A DNA stretch of 62,634 bases, counting the filler, from Nemertoderma westbladi (lineage: Eukaryota > Animalia > Xenacoelomorpha): the NCBI GenBank assembly GCA_032718475.1. It is 4 parts of 4 records of this genome, joined end to end, with 100 filler letters (N's around TTAATTAATTAA, not from the genome) between each part and the next. Parts side by side here need not be neighbours in the genome. Positions count along the whole stretch, not along the records: positions 21,019 to 51,403 come from JAUCBJ010001107.1; 3 more parts are not named here. One strand, given 5' to 3'. The translations under genes and the position numbers were made by a program. This document shows positions 26,801 to 40,300 of the stretch, one piece after another. The notes under the pieces are model-generated. The model was not told where the DNA came from, made no database searches, and saw only the letters and a list, made by a program, of their open reading frames with translations. Position 1 is the first letter of the stretch. Every line of letters starts with the position of its first letter.

Positions 26801-27078
26801 GTAAATCCCACCCCAAACAATGGTACCTGGGACAGACTGAACAATACATACACAAACGGCTGAACACGCACCGATCCGCCATAAGAGACGCACGAAAAGG
26901 GCTCGACACCTCTGACCCAGAAGTTCTCCTACTGCAACACTTCGTAGACTGCCCCCTCGATGACCTTAACATCACCTGCATTAAACAGTTCCGCAACCAT
27001 TACCGACGTATCAACACCGAGTCCGTCCTCATCAATCTCCACCACCCTCCCCTCAACAAAATCACACCGGCCATGTGA
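23866..27078 (+). CDS. Penelope-like element (Neptune-type) polyprotein: RT + Cys linker + GIY-YIG endonuclease, 1070 aa, intact
   Basis: NLSNVTL..LLGLGFNFIP, KGDKT..IIVLD, KDHK..GRPIIA, VDVIDMFTAIP, GAPMG, LVDD, YLDVTI..LYKKPT, SYHH, CRKPRCLCC, NVLYMITC..YLGQT..KRLNTHR..H..E..LN. Confidence 0.96.
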   Translation: MLTPRSTSVRNIKYMDLTPRASYDVNKCLKLNLLRTRTLYQIEYYKSIKESNFPPQHIVPRVSQILKFYPKLYNGLLKRIFTTEIQNRYTRLRNLQRFYNESYARLLNYANTRSDTRPLDYLDFWIPVNMDRERTVTRARLEYRHSFDSGFETMNDYLDGQQPNREPAKFRTKHLDPSHTQSTNPFPQAQAPVTNLSNVTLNQEQLDLLGLGFNFIPYRGLTDSDCFEASVDISMAASKLRYRNRHINHIEQNRTHNPSTPQNPRCPPPPPPQPPTKPKPSRPDRPPRRVLFIDPPDPHNQPVPIPDSPHTPPLHPLPPRSKRCDPCFPHPPTHQHATPITGTPSTRTRSKTKAIASIHPPNLASEWAPDSTPDTHNPHPPTPATPNDPTAQTLPPPHPPDPPFQRRARYIAARTDNPSIEVIIHEMHRNINTTNLKRFNQLNPPNLDRLQLQALDTLRKLKGVTYVKGDKTANIIVLDSPDRDYEIRRLINDPTTYECLNKDPTARFRVKCRALLDKLALTNSDLRTHLFPNTFTVGHIFITLKDHKPKENWVTHPNGKLIPKGRPIIANTDAFFTPLSKLMHHYLSPLVTNAANHLQSSLQLKPNLPTNIGHTGCTLVAVDVIDMFTAIPHEIGIQATMEALTEDPSLPYRSIYTPHQLCLILRFLLYHNYFQFDQKFYLQIAGAPMGGSHSGDYAVLTTSKIIHRALNVTLFSHTFFRTLVDDSLLIYDQHLTPQQIDTLTHNLNTACEQLYHTNDVQFTTEFSYTQMNYLDVTIYRHHNSLLTKLYKKPTSNKLPILYSSYHHKPSLLAVVKSEILRYRRLTDNDHQFNLARHSYLELCKLRGYPLNFLLQLYAWNPEPRLPCNPPTVIPQTLPPIYLATTPHFLNILTNTIKRHKKFLNDNQICIIPVPRNLPNLGQMLIRKTVPHRTTGNEPCRKPRCLCCKAIANPSTTPWGQRITGPFDCKTHNVLYMITCKSHPKQWYLGQTEQYIHKRLNTHRSAIRDARKGLDTSDPEVLLLQHFVDCPLDDLNITCIKQFRNHYRRINTESVLINLHHPPLNKITPAM

Positions 27079-28509
27079 CTCGATCCTAGTTTGAACATTT
27101 GTTTTTACGGTGTTATGTTTTATAATTAATTAAATTTTGCTGCAATATTAAGGAACCCCTGAAATTCCTACCAGAGACCCTCAACCATTTTGGTGCATCA
27201 ACCATTTGGTGTATTTGGTATATACAGTACATAGTTTAATTATCTCACAAAATCATTTACAGTTTTACGGTGCTATTTTTAATATTTAATGAAATTTTGC
27301 TGCAATAATTAATTCATATCCCCGCAAGAACCCCTGAAATTCCTACCAGTGACCCTAAACCATTTTGGTGCATCTGCCGTATATACAGTACATAGTTTAA
27401 TTATCCCACAAAATCATTTACAGTTTTACGGTGCTATTTTTAATATTTTATGAAATTTTGCTGCAATAATTAATTCATATCCCCGCAAGTTCCTACCAGA
27501 GACCCCTAACCACTTTGGTGCATCTGCCGTATACATGGTACATAGTTTAATTATCTCTCAAAATCATTTACAATTTCACGAGACCCTAAACCATTTTGGC
27601 GCATCTTTCATACAGTACATAGGCCTACTTTAATTATCTCACAAAATCATTTACAGTTTTATTGTACTTTTTAATACTTTTACCACAGACCCCAAACCAC
27701 TTTGGTCCATATGACGTATATGCGGTACACAGTTTTATTACCTCACAGTTTTATGGTGCTATTTTATTTTAATTTTTGCTGCAATAATTATTTATACCTA
27801 CCATTCTAAAAACATCTAACAAAGAAACCCACCACCCCCCCCCCCCCCCCCCCCCAAACCCCCCTCTCAAACCTGCTGAAATATTCCTCCTTATTTTCTC
27901 GAGACTCAAACCTTGTCCTAAAAATACTTTCCGCCAACTACGCCCATTCTCGGACTGCCCACAACAAAGCCCAACGTAGCCATTTTTATTCATACTGTAT
28001 CTACGTGCCCCTTGATACTAAATTATACAGTAACACAGCCCTAAGTAACCCCTAGCCTGAAACCGGTAGCTCCCCACAACCAGTTAACAGCCTGCCTGCC
28101 GCAGACTCATACCCCCTACAACCCTAGGTAGTTACCGTCAGCTACAGTACTTGCATACTTTGGCAACCTACCTACCTAACATACCTAAACGACACATGTC
28201 CCCCCTCCCCGCCAGACCCACTTTAATTTTAATTGTACCACCCTTACTTAATTAAATAGACATACAGTAGGACCGCATGTCACTGTGTTTCCTTATAGTT
28301 ATTATGATAATGTACGCGTTCTACCTAGCCAGTCATTCTGTTTTTATATAAATTGTTTTTAATGTTCATTTTATCATAAATAAATACCGCTGAGGACACC
28401 CGCAACGGGCGAAATGCGCATACGGTAAATTAACTTTTTTATTATTTATAACCGTGGTTAGACCCTCAACAACCCTACTATCTCTCCGCCTGGAGACATT
28501 TTCGATTAA
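27079..28509 (+). repeat. PLE 3' pseudo-LTR, copy 2 (direct repeat of 22436-23863) with internal ~120-150-bp subrepeats
   Basis: Repeats the sequence after copy 1's ORF and ends at ...ttcgattaa, where copy 1 continues into the next ATG. Confidence 0.92.
28385..28427 (+). ncRNA. Minimal type I hammerhead ribozyme, second PLE copy
   Basis: Identical to 23739-23781. Predicted cut after 28422. Confidence 0.85.
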
Positions 28510-31500
28510 CCAAAACTTTCAACATTTTCTATCACTTGACGTCCACTCTCTTTACATATATGTGACTTTTTCATAGATAACCACTCTTTAGGTAATCTTG
28601 TAAGTACATCAGCCTTATTCGTCTTTGAAGTAACCCACTGAATATTGACATTTAACTTGTATACTCTTGTCAGTTCTAGAATAAGCTCCACTCGTCGTTT
28701 AACTAAATTTACATACATACCATCTATGTGTACACGTTGTATATTCTTTAAGGTAGACTGCACCCAACGACACACTCTCTTTACATATATGTGACTTTTT
28801 CATAGATAACCACTCTTTAGGTAATCTTGTAAGTACATCAGCCTTATTCGTCTTTGAAGTAACCCACTGAATATTGACATTTAACTTGTATACTCTTGTC
28901 AGTTCTAGAATAAGCTCCACTCGTCGTTTAACTAAATTTACATACATACCATCTATGTGTACACGTTGTATATTCTTTAAGGTAGACTGCACCCAACGAC
29001 ACACTCTCTTTACATATATGTGACTTTTTCATAGATAACCACTCTTTAGGTAATCTTGTAAGTACATCAGCCTTATTCGTCTTTGAAGTAACCCACTGAA
29101 TATTGACATTTAACTTGTATACTCTTGTCAGTTCTAGAATAAGCTCCAGTCGTCGTTTAACTAAATTTACATACATACCATCTATGTGTACACGTTGTAT
29201 ATTCTTTAAGGTAGACTGCACCCAACGACAAACTGTTATAGAATCTGTACAGATGGTGATATCCTTTATCTCCCAACTAATGGCTAAATTAACAGCTTCT
29301 AAAACGGCATCTAATTCTACAACATTGATGTGAAGTTTTGATTCGCGCTTCTTTCTCAACCAGGCACAATCCTCTACTGCTTCTCCATCAATTTCTAGCA
29401 CAACTGCCTTTGCAACATCACTTGCATCGCACCACAACAATAATAATTATAATAATTTAACACCCAAGAAGGTATTGGGTCATCCCAATCACAATGTCCT
29501 TCAACTTCACTACATTGACGCTTCATCCAACTACATGCTACACGAAGCCATCCACAAACTGGGTATAATACCTATTAATTTACCACACCAAGAATGGAGC
29601 TCCCTTCGAGACATTTGGGAAACATTTGGTTTTAAATCCCCCTTTTCCCGCCTTGTCCATTTCAAAACTCCGTTTGAATTTACAATCTGTAAACCCAACA
29701 CACAACTATCTTCTATTGGGACTGGTTCCTTTGTAGGCAATCCATACGTGTTTAAAGCAAGTGACACTTCATTGCAAGAAACAATATCTTGATCGACATC
29801 GATGTCGTCAACATAACTGTCAACACAATTGCGTGAAAAGCTGTATGCATGAAACAATATAAACTCAACAATAGTTTCTAAAACCTTTCGTGCTATTTCT
29901 AACCCAAATCCCATTCTAGACATTACATACAGTTTATCTTGATACGCTACTACCTGATAACACAGCAGATGTGGAGCTACACGAATTTGCAGGTACGCTT
30001 TCTTGATGTCAAGTAGTGAACAATTATCAGACCATTGCCTCCACTTTCGTATTTTCTCACTACAGACTGACATTTGCTGTCCTGGATAACTTTCAATTAA
30101 ATCATTTAGACGTTTGTAATCTAATACTGGCCTCACTGGTGTACTAAGTTTATGTTCCTGTACCACAGGCATTACAGGTAGAACACATTTGACATTGCCA
30201 TGTACATTTTCTTTATACTCAACCAAAAATTTATTATCTATCCAAAACTGCATTTCCTTTGAAAACATGGACATGTGATCATTGGACAATTTCATACCAT
30301 AATGTGAAATACCACTGCCAACAGTACCAACTGGTATATTTCCACTTTTCCATAACCACTCAACTTCCCAAAACCCTTTTGCACTTGAATACTTTACAAC
30401 AAAATCGCTTTCAGATATAGTCACATCGCCATTGTCATAACACTGAACAGTAGCAGTATTAGATGTTAATATATTCGATTTACATTTACCTACTGATTCA
30501 TAGCCTTTGTCCTTGTCATCACTATCATTTACTTTGTTAACAGCTCCACACACTTCATTGTCAAGTACATTATTCGGAAATCTAACGGCAGTAATACAAT
30601 TTCTAACAGGATTTGTAACAACATTCAAACCACCTAGTTTTAAAATAACATCCATTCCAAGCAGTATATCAACATCAAAAATGTTACATCCATGTACCAC
30701 CCACGCTTCAATGAGCACACAATTGTCAACACCAGGTAAATCATATACATGTAATTGCACTTTACCGATAACTCTTACTTTACTACCATTTAACATTTGT
30801 AATGACTGACTGAACTGATTTGAGTAATTTGCACTAGGTTTATTACATAAATAACCAGCAGAAACAATAGTATGGGAACAATAAGTATCTATACCCACCA
30901 TGCACTGGTAACGTTGCTCATAGTTGTTAATAGATAATGTAACCGCACATCTAGGGGACTTTAACTGGGAGGTTGGTTGTGCGGCAACTCCTACAACCCC
31001 CCTTTCACGTTTCCCGACCTTTTAGAAGGGAAATCTCTAGCGATGTGCCCTCCTCCACCGCACCTAAAGCATCTAATCGATTTCTTCTCCGGACAACTCG
31101 AGGAATAATGACCAGTTTTCTGACAGTTATAACAAACAAAAGTTGTCGTTGGTTTGTTATTTGACCCGCTAGATGGCGATGGTCTACTATCGTTTTACCT
31201 CCTACCGCTCCCACGGCATACAAGGAGTCATCTGGTTTCTTATCAACTATAATATTTCTAGCACGGGCCATGAGATCTTCCAACGATAGCGTATAATCGT
31301 CAACCTCACTACCTCACTTGGTAGACCGTAAATAAACTGATATTTCAACACGGGATGAAACCTATCGATGTCAGTAGGTTTCAGACCAGACAACACAAGT
31401 AAACGTTTCAGGTCCGATAAATAAACTTCAACCGCCTCCCCAACGCCCCATTTCCGACTTACAAACTGCGTATACGCTAGATAGGGTGTAACAGAAAACG

Positions 31501-32041
31501 CCTTAGTTAAAGTCGCTTCAATAACTTCGTAGTTTTCTTTGTTGACATCGTCTAACTAGTCATAAACGGTAAAAGCGTGATCTTCCAGAAACATCGGCAA
31601 GTAAAGATGCTTCTCTTCCCATTTCTGAGATCTTGCTACAAGGTCGAATTTCTTTTTCCACTCTTGAAAATCACCTTTGCCATTAAATGATCGGATTACT
31701 TGTTGCAACTTTAATGACATAATATTGGTTGTGGTGATAGCTTGTAATTGTAAACACAAGCAATTTATATGAATATACAATTTAATATTTAAGCAATATA
31801 TAAGGATAATATTAATGAAATTAATTACACTAAATAAATAAACAAGAAACAATCTGAAACAATCTCGACTTTCAATTCATCACACAATAACTATGCCAAC
31901 TTTTGCCATCCTTTCTGCCTCTCCTCTATTCTCTCTCCCTCACTACTCACTTTCTCTCACACAGCTCCCCATAGTTTGACACCATTTCTTACTGCTGGCC
32001 TCTCCCTATCTGTAAATTTTCCCAATTATTTAGCTACAACA
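28510..32041 (-). mobile_element. Decayed Ty3/Gypsy-type LTR retrotransposon (putative 5' LTR ~31726-32041, gag, PR, RT, RNase H), cut off by the PLE
   Basis: Gag FNGKGDFQEWKKKF from ATG 31720, knuckle CYNCQKTGHYSSSC, VGIDTYCS, VRPVLDY..LDIKKAYLQ..RMGFGL..YVDD, LWCDASD..HINVVELDA..TDS..NKADVLTR. The LTR starts TGTTGTAG and ends ..CCACAAC. Confidence 0.88.
28544..29230. repeat. 229-bp tandem triplication of the Gypsy RNase H segment
   Basis: cactctctttacatata starts at 28544, 28773 and 29002. Confidence 0.93.
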
Positions 32042-32112
32042 TGCCGTCAAAATTCGTCTATTTAGCAATATTTAGCTAACTCCGTCGGCTTTATTTTTCG
32101 TCTTTGGAATGA

Positions 32113-32470
32113 TTGATTGATTGATTGATTGATTCGTTTTAATTCCTACAAAACATGTAAAAAGGAATATACATACTGATACTATAAACAATAAACCATA
32201 CATGATAAGCATACAACATTCTGTACCGGTACTACAATTAAGCATTCAATTTAAATCTGAAATTAAACCGTAAAAAATAATTAATTATAGCAACTTTCAA
32301 TAAACGGTATGCAGTTCATATGTTAAAACGGGATTAAGTTATAGATCAAAATATAAATAATCATAATTAATTAATTGTAGGTTGATTCTCTTTTATGGTT
32401 CATAAATATTTGGTTCATAAAATAATTTAGTAAAATATAATAAAAATAATTTAAGAATGAAATTTAGAAT
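32113..32470 (-). mobile_element. Retroposed 3' fragment with (AATC)n tail
   Basis: (GATT)n at the left end, flanked by gaatga on both sides. The uninterrupted flank occurs at ~49575-49690. Confidence 0.55.
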
Positions 32471-32856
32471 GAAATCTACATTTCATTAGAACCGCCTTCA
32501 TCTGCAGATTCACAATCAGAAAACCGTTTTTAATTTCTCAAATAACTTTAATTTCACCTGGAGATTCAATTCAACATTTTCAAATTCAAAAGCCAAAACA
32601 TTTTGGGATGTAAATAATTAATTGATATTTAATGTTTCCTGGCTTTATTCTCAGATTATAAATTAATACTGTACATTTTATATTCTAGAAATTTTCATTT
32701 TATTTTAACAATTTGTTTGTTACACTATGCTATTAAAACTGTATGATTACATTAAATTCAAATTTAAAATCAACATTTCAACAATCATATTTCATACAAT
32801 AATTATTAAATGAATACGAGTCCATAACGAATACAAGTAAATGTTTTCTGATACAT

Positions 32857-33092
<236 letters not shown>

Positions 33093-33754
33093 TTATGCTA
33101 AATTAATTAATTTCTTTTTTTTTTGTATAATAATGTAATGAACTGTTATTAAATATTAACGTTGCTTTTAAATCATTACAATCAGAGATTAAATATAATA
33201 TAATACAATTAATACAATTAGAATGTAATCAGTAGTAACCCAAATCAACGCCACGCAAACCCGCGCCGTCGCCAAATCCCAAGCCACGGACGCCGACTTC
33301 AACGGAGGCAGAGGTAGCTAGACCGGAGGAGCGCGAACTGCAGCCGCCGGCGAACACCCCCCAGCACGCACGCGAGGCCCCTCTCACGCATACCATCCAC
33401 CCGAGCCACAAGTGACTCCGCTAGATGGCGAATTAGTATTTGAGCCTCGGTGCACCATCGGTGGTGCCAACCATAGGACCCCCATGGAAACGAGGTATAA
33501 CCTCATGGGGCTATCCTAGGTGCACCATATTATTTTTCAATAGTGTTACTGTGTTAACAGGTTAACGTTATTTTTAATTTTGTTGTAAATGTTGTCAGAA
33601 TGCTGGAATGTTATGCAGGGCCAATCATTAAGTATGTCTATGTATGCTGTCAATTTTAATATGTTTCGTGATTTTAATATGCTTTGTGTTCGTTTTACAG
33701 TAGGCACTATTACTATAATTTGGCGTCCAATAAAAAAACTTCAACTTCAACTTC

Positions 33755-34140
33755 AAGGCCAACCTCCGGTCGTTGCAGACGGTCTGGTAGTGTCGCTTCT
33801 TCAGCCGACACCTCTCCTCCAGGAGAGACGCAGTTGAACGGTTGGTCTGGACATACGAGGTGGCGTCGGCGTTGATTAACGCAATGTCGAACGACGCCAC
33901 CCGTTGATTGGCCCAGACCCCCCGAGCAACCAGGTCTGCCCGTACGCCCCCCACCTCACGGCCCTCCCGATCCAAGTACCCCCTGGAAAGAGTCACTTCC
34001 CGCTCAACGCTGGAAGGACCAACCACAGAGGCTATCAGCTCCCCGAATACCTCCCGGGCATCATCATGGCGCTTTATCACCAGCCCACCGGACTTGCAGC
34101 TCAAAGCATGGGATGTGGAGAATGGGCCCCCACACCCCTC
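33755..34140 (-). mobile_element. CRE-clade non-LTR retrotransposon fragment (restriction-like endonuclease)
   Basis: SCKSGGLVIKRHDDARE..RADLVARGVW..FDIALINADATSY..KKRHY matches the RH..D..D..K endonuclease pattern of CRE elements. Confidence 0.8.
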
Positions 34141-34329
34141 ACACTTTTTTTATAATAATAAATGGTAATTTCTTATTAAGATAATACAGTAATAATATTG
34201 CATAGAGAAATATTACAAGTAAACATATGAGAAAGATAAATAATAATAATTTCAATATGGACCAAAAAATAACAACAAAATTGGACAGACTATAGAACCG
34301 ATAAAACAACATATTTATTTATTTATTTC

Positions 34330-37300
34330 TTATTTCGCTGGTGACAATGAATATATTTATTTACCTGGTGACAATAAATATATTTATTTAGCTGGGGTGA
34401 CAATAAATACATTTATTTTACGAATAAATATGTTTATTTACCTGGTGACAATAAATATATTTATTTAGCTGGGGTGACAATAAATACATTTATTTTACGA
34501 ATAAATATGTTTATTTACCTGGTGACAATAAATATATTTATTTACCAGGTGACAATAAACATATTTATTTACCTAGTGACAATAAATATATTTATTTACC
34601 TGGTGACAATGAGTATATTTATATACCTGGTGACAATACATATATTTGTTTACCTGGTGACAATAAATATATTTATTTACCTGGTCACAATAAATATATT
34701 TATTTACCAGGTGACAATAAATATATTTATTTAGCTGGGGTGACAATAAATACATTTATTTTACTGGTGACAATAAATATATTTATTTACCTGGTGACAA
34801 TGAGTATATTTATTTACCTGGTGACAATAAATATATTTGTTTACCTGGTGACAATAAATATATTTATTTAGCTGGTGACAATGAGTATATTTATTTTCCT
34901 GGTGACAATAAATATATTTATTTACCTGGTGACAATGAGTATATTTATTTACCTGGTGACAATAATTATATTTATTTACCTGGTGACAATGAGTATATTT
35001 ATTTACCTGGTGACAATAAATATATTTATTTACCTGGTGACAATGAGTATATTTATTTACCTGTTGACAATAAATATATTTATTTACCTGGTGACAATAA
35101 ATATATATATTTAGCTTGAGACAATGAGTATATTTATTTACCTGTTGACAATAAATATATTTATTTACCTAGTGACAATAAATATATTTATTTACCTGGT
35201 GACAATAAATATATATATTTAGCTTGAGACAATGAGTATATTTATTTTCCTGGTGACAATAAATATATTTATTTACCTGGTGACAATAAATATATTTATT
35301 TACCTGGTGACAATAAATATATATATTTAGCTTGAGACAATGAGTATATTTATTTACCTGGTGACAATAAATATATTTATTTACCTGGTGACAATGAGTA
35401 TATTTATTTACCTGGTGACAATAAATATATTTATTTACCTGGTGACAATGAGTATATTTATTTACCTGGTAACAATAAATATATTTATTTACCTGGTGAC
35501 AATGAGTATATTTATTTTCCTGGTGACAATAAATATATTTATTTACATGGTGACAATGAGTATATTTATTTTCCTGGTGACAATAAATGTATTTATTTAC
35601 CTGGTGACAATGAGTATATTTATTTACCTGGTGACAATAAATATATTTATTTACCTGGTGACAATGAGTATATTTATTTACCTGGTGACAATAAATATAT
35701 TTATTTACCTGGTGACAATGAGTATATTTATTTTCCTGGTGACAATAAATGTATTTATTTACCTGGTGACAATGAGTATATTTATTTACCTGGTGACAAT
35801 AAATATATTTATTTACCAGGTGACAATAAACATATTTATTTACCTAGTGACAATAAATATATTTATTTAGCTGGGGTGACAATAAATATATTTATTTACC
35901 TGGTGACAATTAGTATATTTATTTACCTGATAACAATAAATATATTTATTTACCTGGTGACAATAAATATATATATTTAGCTTGAGACAATGAGTATATT
36001 TATTTACCTGGTGACAATAAATATATTTATTTACCAGGTGACAATAAACATATTTATTTACCTAGTGACAATAAATATATTTATTTAGCTGGGGTGACAA
36101 TAAACATATTTATTTAACTAGTGACAATAAACATATTTATTTAAAGGGTGACAATAAATATATTTATTTACCAGGTGACAATAAACATATTTATTTACCT
36201 AGTGACAATAAATATATTTATTTACCTGGTGACAATAAATATATTTATTTACCTGGTGACAATAAATATATATATTTAGCTTGAGACAATGAGTATGTTT
36301 ATTTACCTGTTGACAATGAATATATTTATTTAGCTGGTGACAATAAATATATTTATTTAGCTAGTGACAATAAATACATTTATTTTACGGATAAATATAT
36401 ATATTTACCTGGTGACAATAAATATATTTATTTACCAGGTGACAATAAACAGATTTATTTACCTAGTGACAATAAATATATTTATTTACCAGGTGACAAT
36501 AAACATATTTATTTAACTAGTGACAATAAATATATTTATTTAGCCTGGGTGACAATAAATATATTTATTTACCTGGTGACAATAAATACATATATTTAGA
36601 TTGAGACAATGAGTATATTTATTTACCAGGTGACAATAAACAGATTTATTTACCTAGTGACAATAAATATATTTATTTACCAGGTGACAATAAACATATT
36701 TATTTAACTAGTGACAATAAATATATTTATTTAGCCTGGGTGACAATAAATATATTTATTTACCTGGTGACAATAAATACATATATTTAGCTTGAGACAA
36801 TGAGTATATTTATTTACCAGGTGACAATAAACAGATTTATTTACCTAGTGACAATAAATATATTTATTTACCTGGTGACAATAAATACATATATTTAGCT
36901 TGAGACAATGAGTATATTTATTTACCAGGTGACAATAAACAGATTTATTTACCTAGTGACAATAAATATATTTATTTACCAGGTGACAATAAACATATTT
37001 ATTTAACTAGTGACAATAAATATATTTATTTAGCCTGGGTGACAATAAATATATTTATTTACCTGGTGACAATAAATACATATATTTAGCTTGAGACAAT
37101 GAGTATATTTATTTACCAGGTGACAATAAACAGATTTATTTACCTAGTGACAATAAATATATTTATTTACCAGGTGACAATAAACATATTTATTTAACTA
37201 GTGACAATAAATATATTTATATAGCCTGGGTGACAAAAAATATATTTATTTACCTGGTGACAATAAATATATATATTTAGCTTGAGACAATGAGTATATT

Positions 37301-40300
37301 TATTTACCTGTTGACAATAAATATATTTATTTACCTAGTGACAATAAATATATTTATTTAACTAGTGATAATAAATATATTTATTTAGCCTGGGTGACAA
37401 AAAATATATTTATTTACCTGGTGACAATAAATATATATATTTAGCTTGAGACAATGAGTATATTTATTTACCTGTTGACAATAAACAGATTTATTTACCT
37501 AGTGACAATAAATATATTTATTTACCAGGTGACAATAAACATATTTATTTAACTAGTGACAATAAATATATTTATTTAGCCTGGGTGACAATAAATATAT
37601 TTATTTACCTGGTGACAATAAATACATATATTTAGCTTGAGACAATGAGTATATTTATTTACAACTGTATGGAACGCATTGCCTCCGGCCATACGCGAAT
37701 CATCGAATGTGGGCATTTTTAAGAAACGTCTAAAAACTCACCTGTACAATCTGGAATACCACGTAAACTAGTGTCCTATATTACGCTGTGCATATGAAGT
37801 TAAATCTAAACTAAACATTATTTATTTGTTTTTATGGACGACTGACATTTTTTAATTAATTACTTTCAATTTTAAATTTAATTTTAACTTAAGTACTGGA
37901 TGTATACACGATTGTTTTTAACATCAATATATTTTAAATCTTAAAAAGTCCACCATAACAGTTGTTTTTATTGTTTGTTTTTACTATTAATTTTAATTCA
38001 TTATCACTGCCATTATATTCTATTCTGCCATTAATTACATTTTAATTTAACCCGCACTGGAATGCTTGCGTTGATCGTTTTTTTTTATTGTTTGTTTTTT
38101 ACTATATGCTACAATATTTACGATGATCGTTTTTATTGTTTGTTTTTACTATATTTTATGATGTTTTTATTGTTGGTTTTTAATTACTACATTATTTTAG
38201 TTGATTTTTTATTTCATAACTATTGCTATTGCAGTCACGAACTATTAATTACTGTGTACTATGTGTTGTCAGCGCCTTAGAGTACGTATATTATGTAAAT
38301 TTGGCGCTATATAAATAAATATATATTATTATTATTATTATTATTATTACAAGGTGACAATAAACAGATTTATTTACCTAGTGACAATAAATATATTTAT
38401 TTACCAGGTGACAATAAACATATTTATTTAACTAGTGACAATAAATATATTTATTTAGCCTGGGTGACAAAAAATATATTTATTTACCTGGTGACAATAA
38501 ATATATATATTTAGCTTGAGACAATGAGTATATTTATTTACCTGTTGACAATAAATATATTTATTTACCTAGTGACAATAAACAGATTTATTTACCTAGT
38601 GACAATAAATATATTTATTTAGCTGGGGTGACAATAAATACATTTATTTTACGAATAAATATGTTTATTTACCTGGTGACAATAAATATATTTATTTAGC
38701 TGGGGTGACAATAAATACATTTATTTTACGAATAAATATGTTTATTTACCTGGTGACAATAAATATATTTATTTACCAGGTGACAATAAACATATTTATT
38801 TACCTAGTGACAATAAATATATTTATTTACCTGGTGACAATGAGTATATTTATATACCTGGTGACAATACATATATTTGTTTACCTGGTGACAATAAATA
38901 TATTTATTTACCTGGTCACAATAAATATATTTATTTACCAGGTGACAATAAATATATTTATTTAGCTGGGGTGACAATAAATACATTTATTTTACTGGTG
39001 ACAATAAATATATTTATTTACCTGGTGACAATGAGTATATTTATTTACCTGGTGACAATAAATATATTTGTTTACCTGGTGACAATAAATATATTTATTT
39101 AGCTGGTGACAATGAGTATATTTATTTTCCTGGTGACAATAAATATATTTATTTACCTGGTGACAATGAGTATATTTATTTACCTGGTGACAATAATTAT
39201 ATTTATTTACCTGGTGACAATGAGTATATTTATTTACCTGGTGACAATAAATATATTTATTTACCTGGTGACAATGAGTATATTTATTTACCTGTTGACA
39301 ATAAATATATTTATTTACCTGGTGACAATAAATATATATATTTAGCTTGAGACAATGAGTATATTTATTTACCTGTTGACAATAAATATATTTATTTACC
39401 TAGTGACAATAAATATATTTATTTACCTGGTGACAATGAGTATATTTATTTACCTGGTGACAATAATTATATTTATTTACCTGGTGACAATGAGTATATT
39501 TATTTACCTGGTGACAATAAATATATTTATTTACCTGGTGACAATGAGTATATTTATTTACCTGTTGACAATAAATATATTTATTTACCTGGTGACAATA
39601 AATATATATATTTAGCTTGAGACAATGAGTATATTTATTTACCTGTTGACAATAAATATATTTATTTACCTAGTGACAATAAATATATTTATTTACCTGG
39701 TGACAATAAATATATATATTTAGCTTGAGACAATGAGTATATTTATTTTCCTGGTGACAATAAATATATTTATTTACCTGGTGACAATAAATATATTTAT
39801 TTACCTGGTGACAATAAATATATATATTTAGCTTGAGACAATGAGTATATTTATTTACCTGGTGACAATAAATATATTTATTTACCTGGTGACAATGAGT
39901 ATATTTATTTACCTGGTGACAATAAATATATTTATTTACCTGGTGACAATAAATATATATATTTAGCTTGAGACAATGAGTATATTTATCTACCTGTTGA
40001 CAATAAATATTTATTTACCTGGTGACAATAAATATATTTATTTACCTGTTGACAATAAATATTTATTTACCTGGTGTCAATAAATATATATATTTAGCTT
40101 GAGACAATGAGTATATTTATTTACCTGTTGACAATAAATATTTATTTACCTGGTGACAATAAATATATTTATTTACCTGTTGACAATAAATATTTATTTA
40201 CCTGGTGACAATAAATATATTTATTTAGCTTGAGACAATGAGTATATTTATTTACCTGTTGACAATAAATATTTATTTACCTGGTGACAATAAATATATT

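Noticed and set aside
33230-33410. GC-rich patch as an upstream SIK exon
   Set aside because: No frame gives kinase or UBA sequence, and the splice signals are unconvincing.
34474-39615. Hydrophobic 'IFIYLVT' ORFs
   Set aside because: Translation by-products of a satellite whose unit length is divisible by 3.
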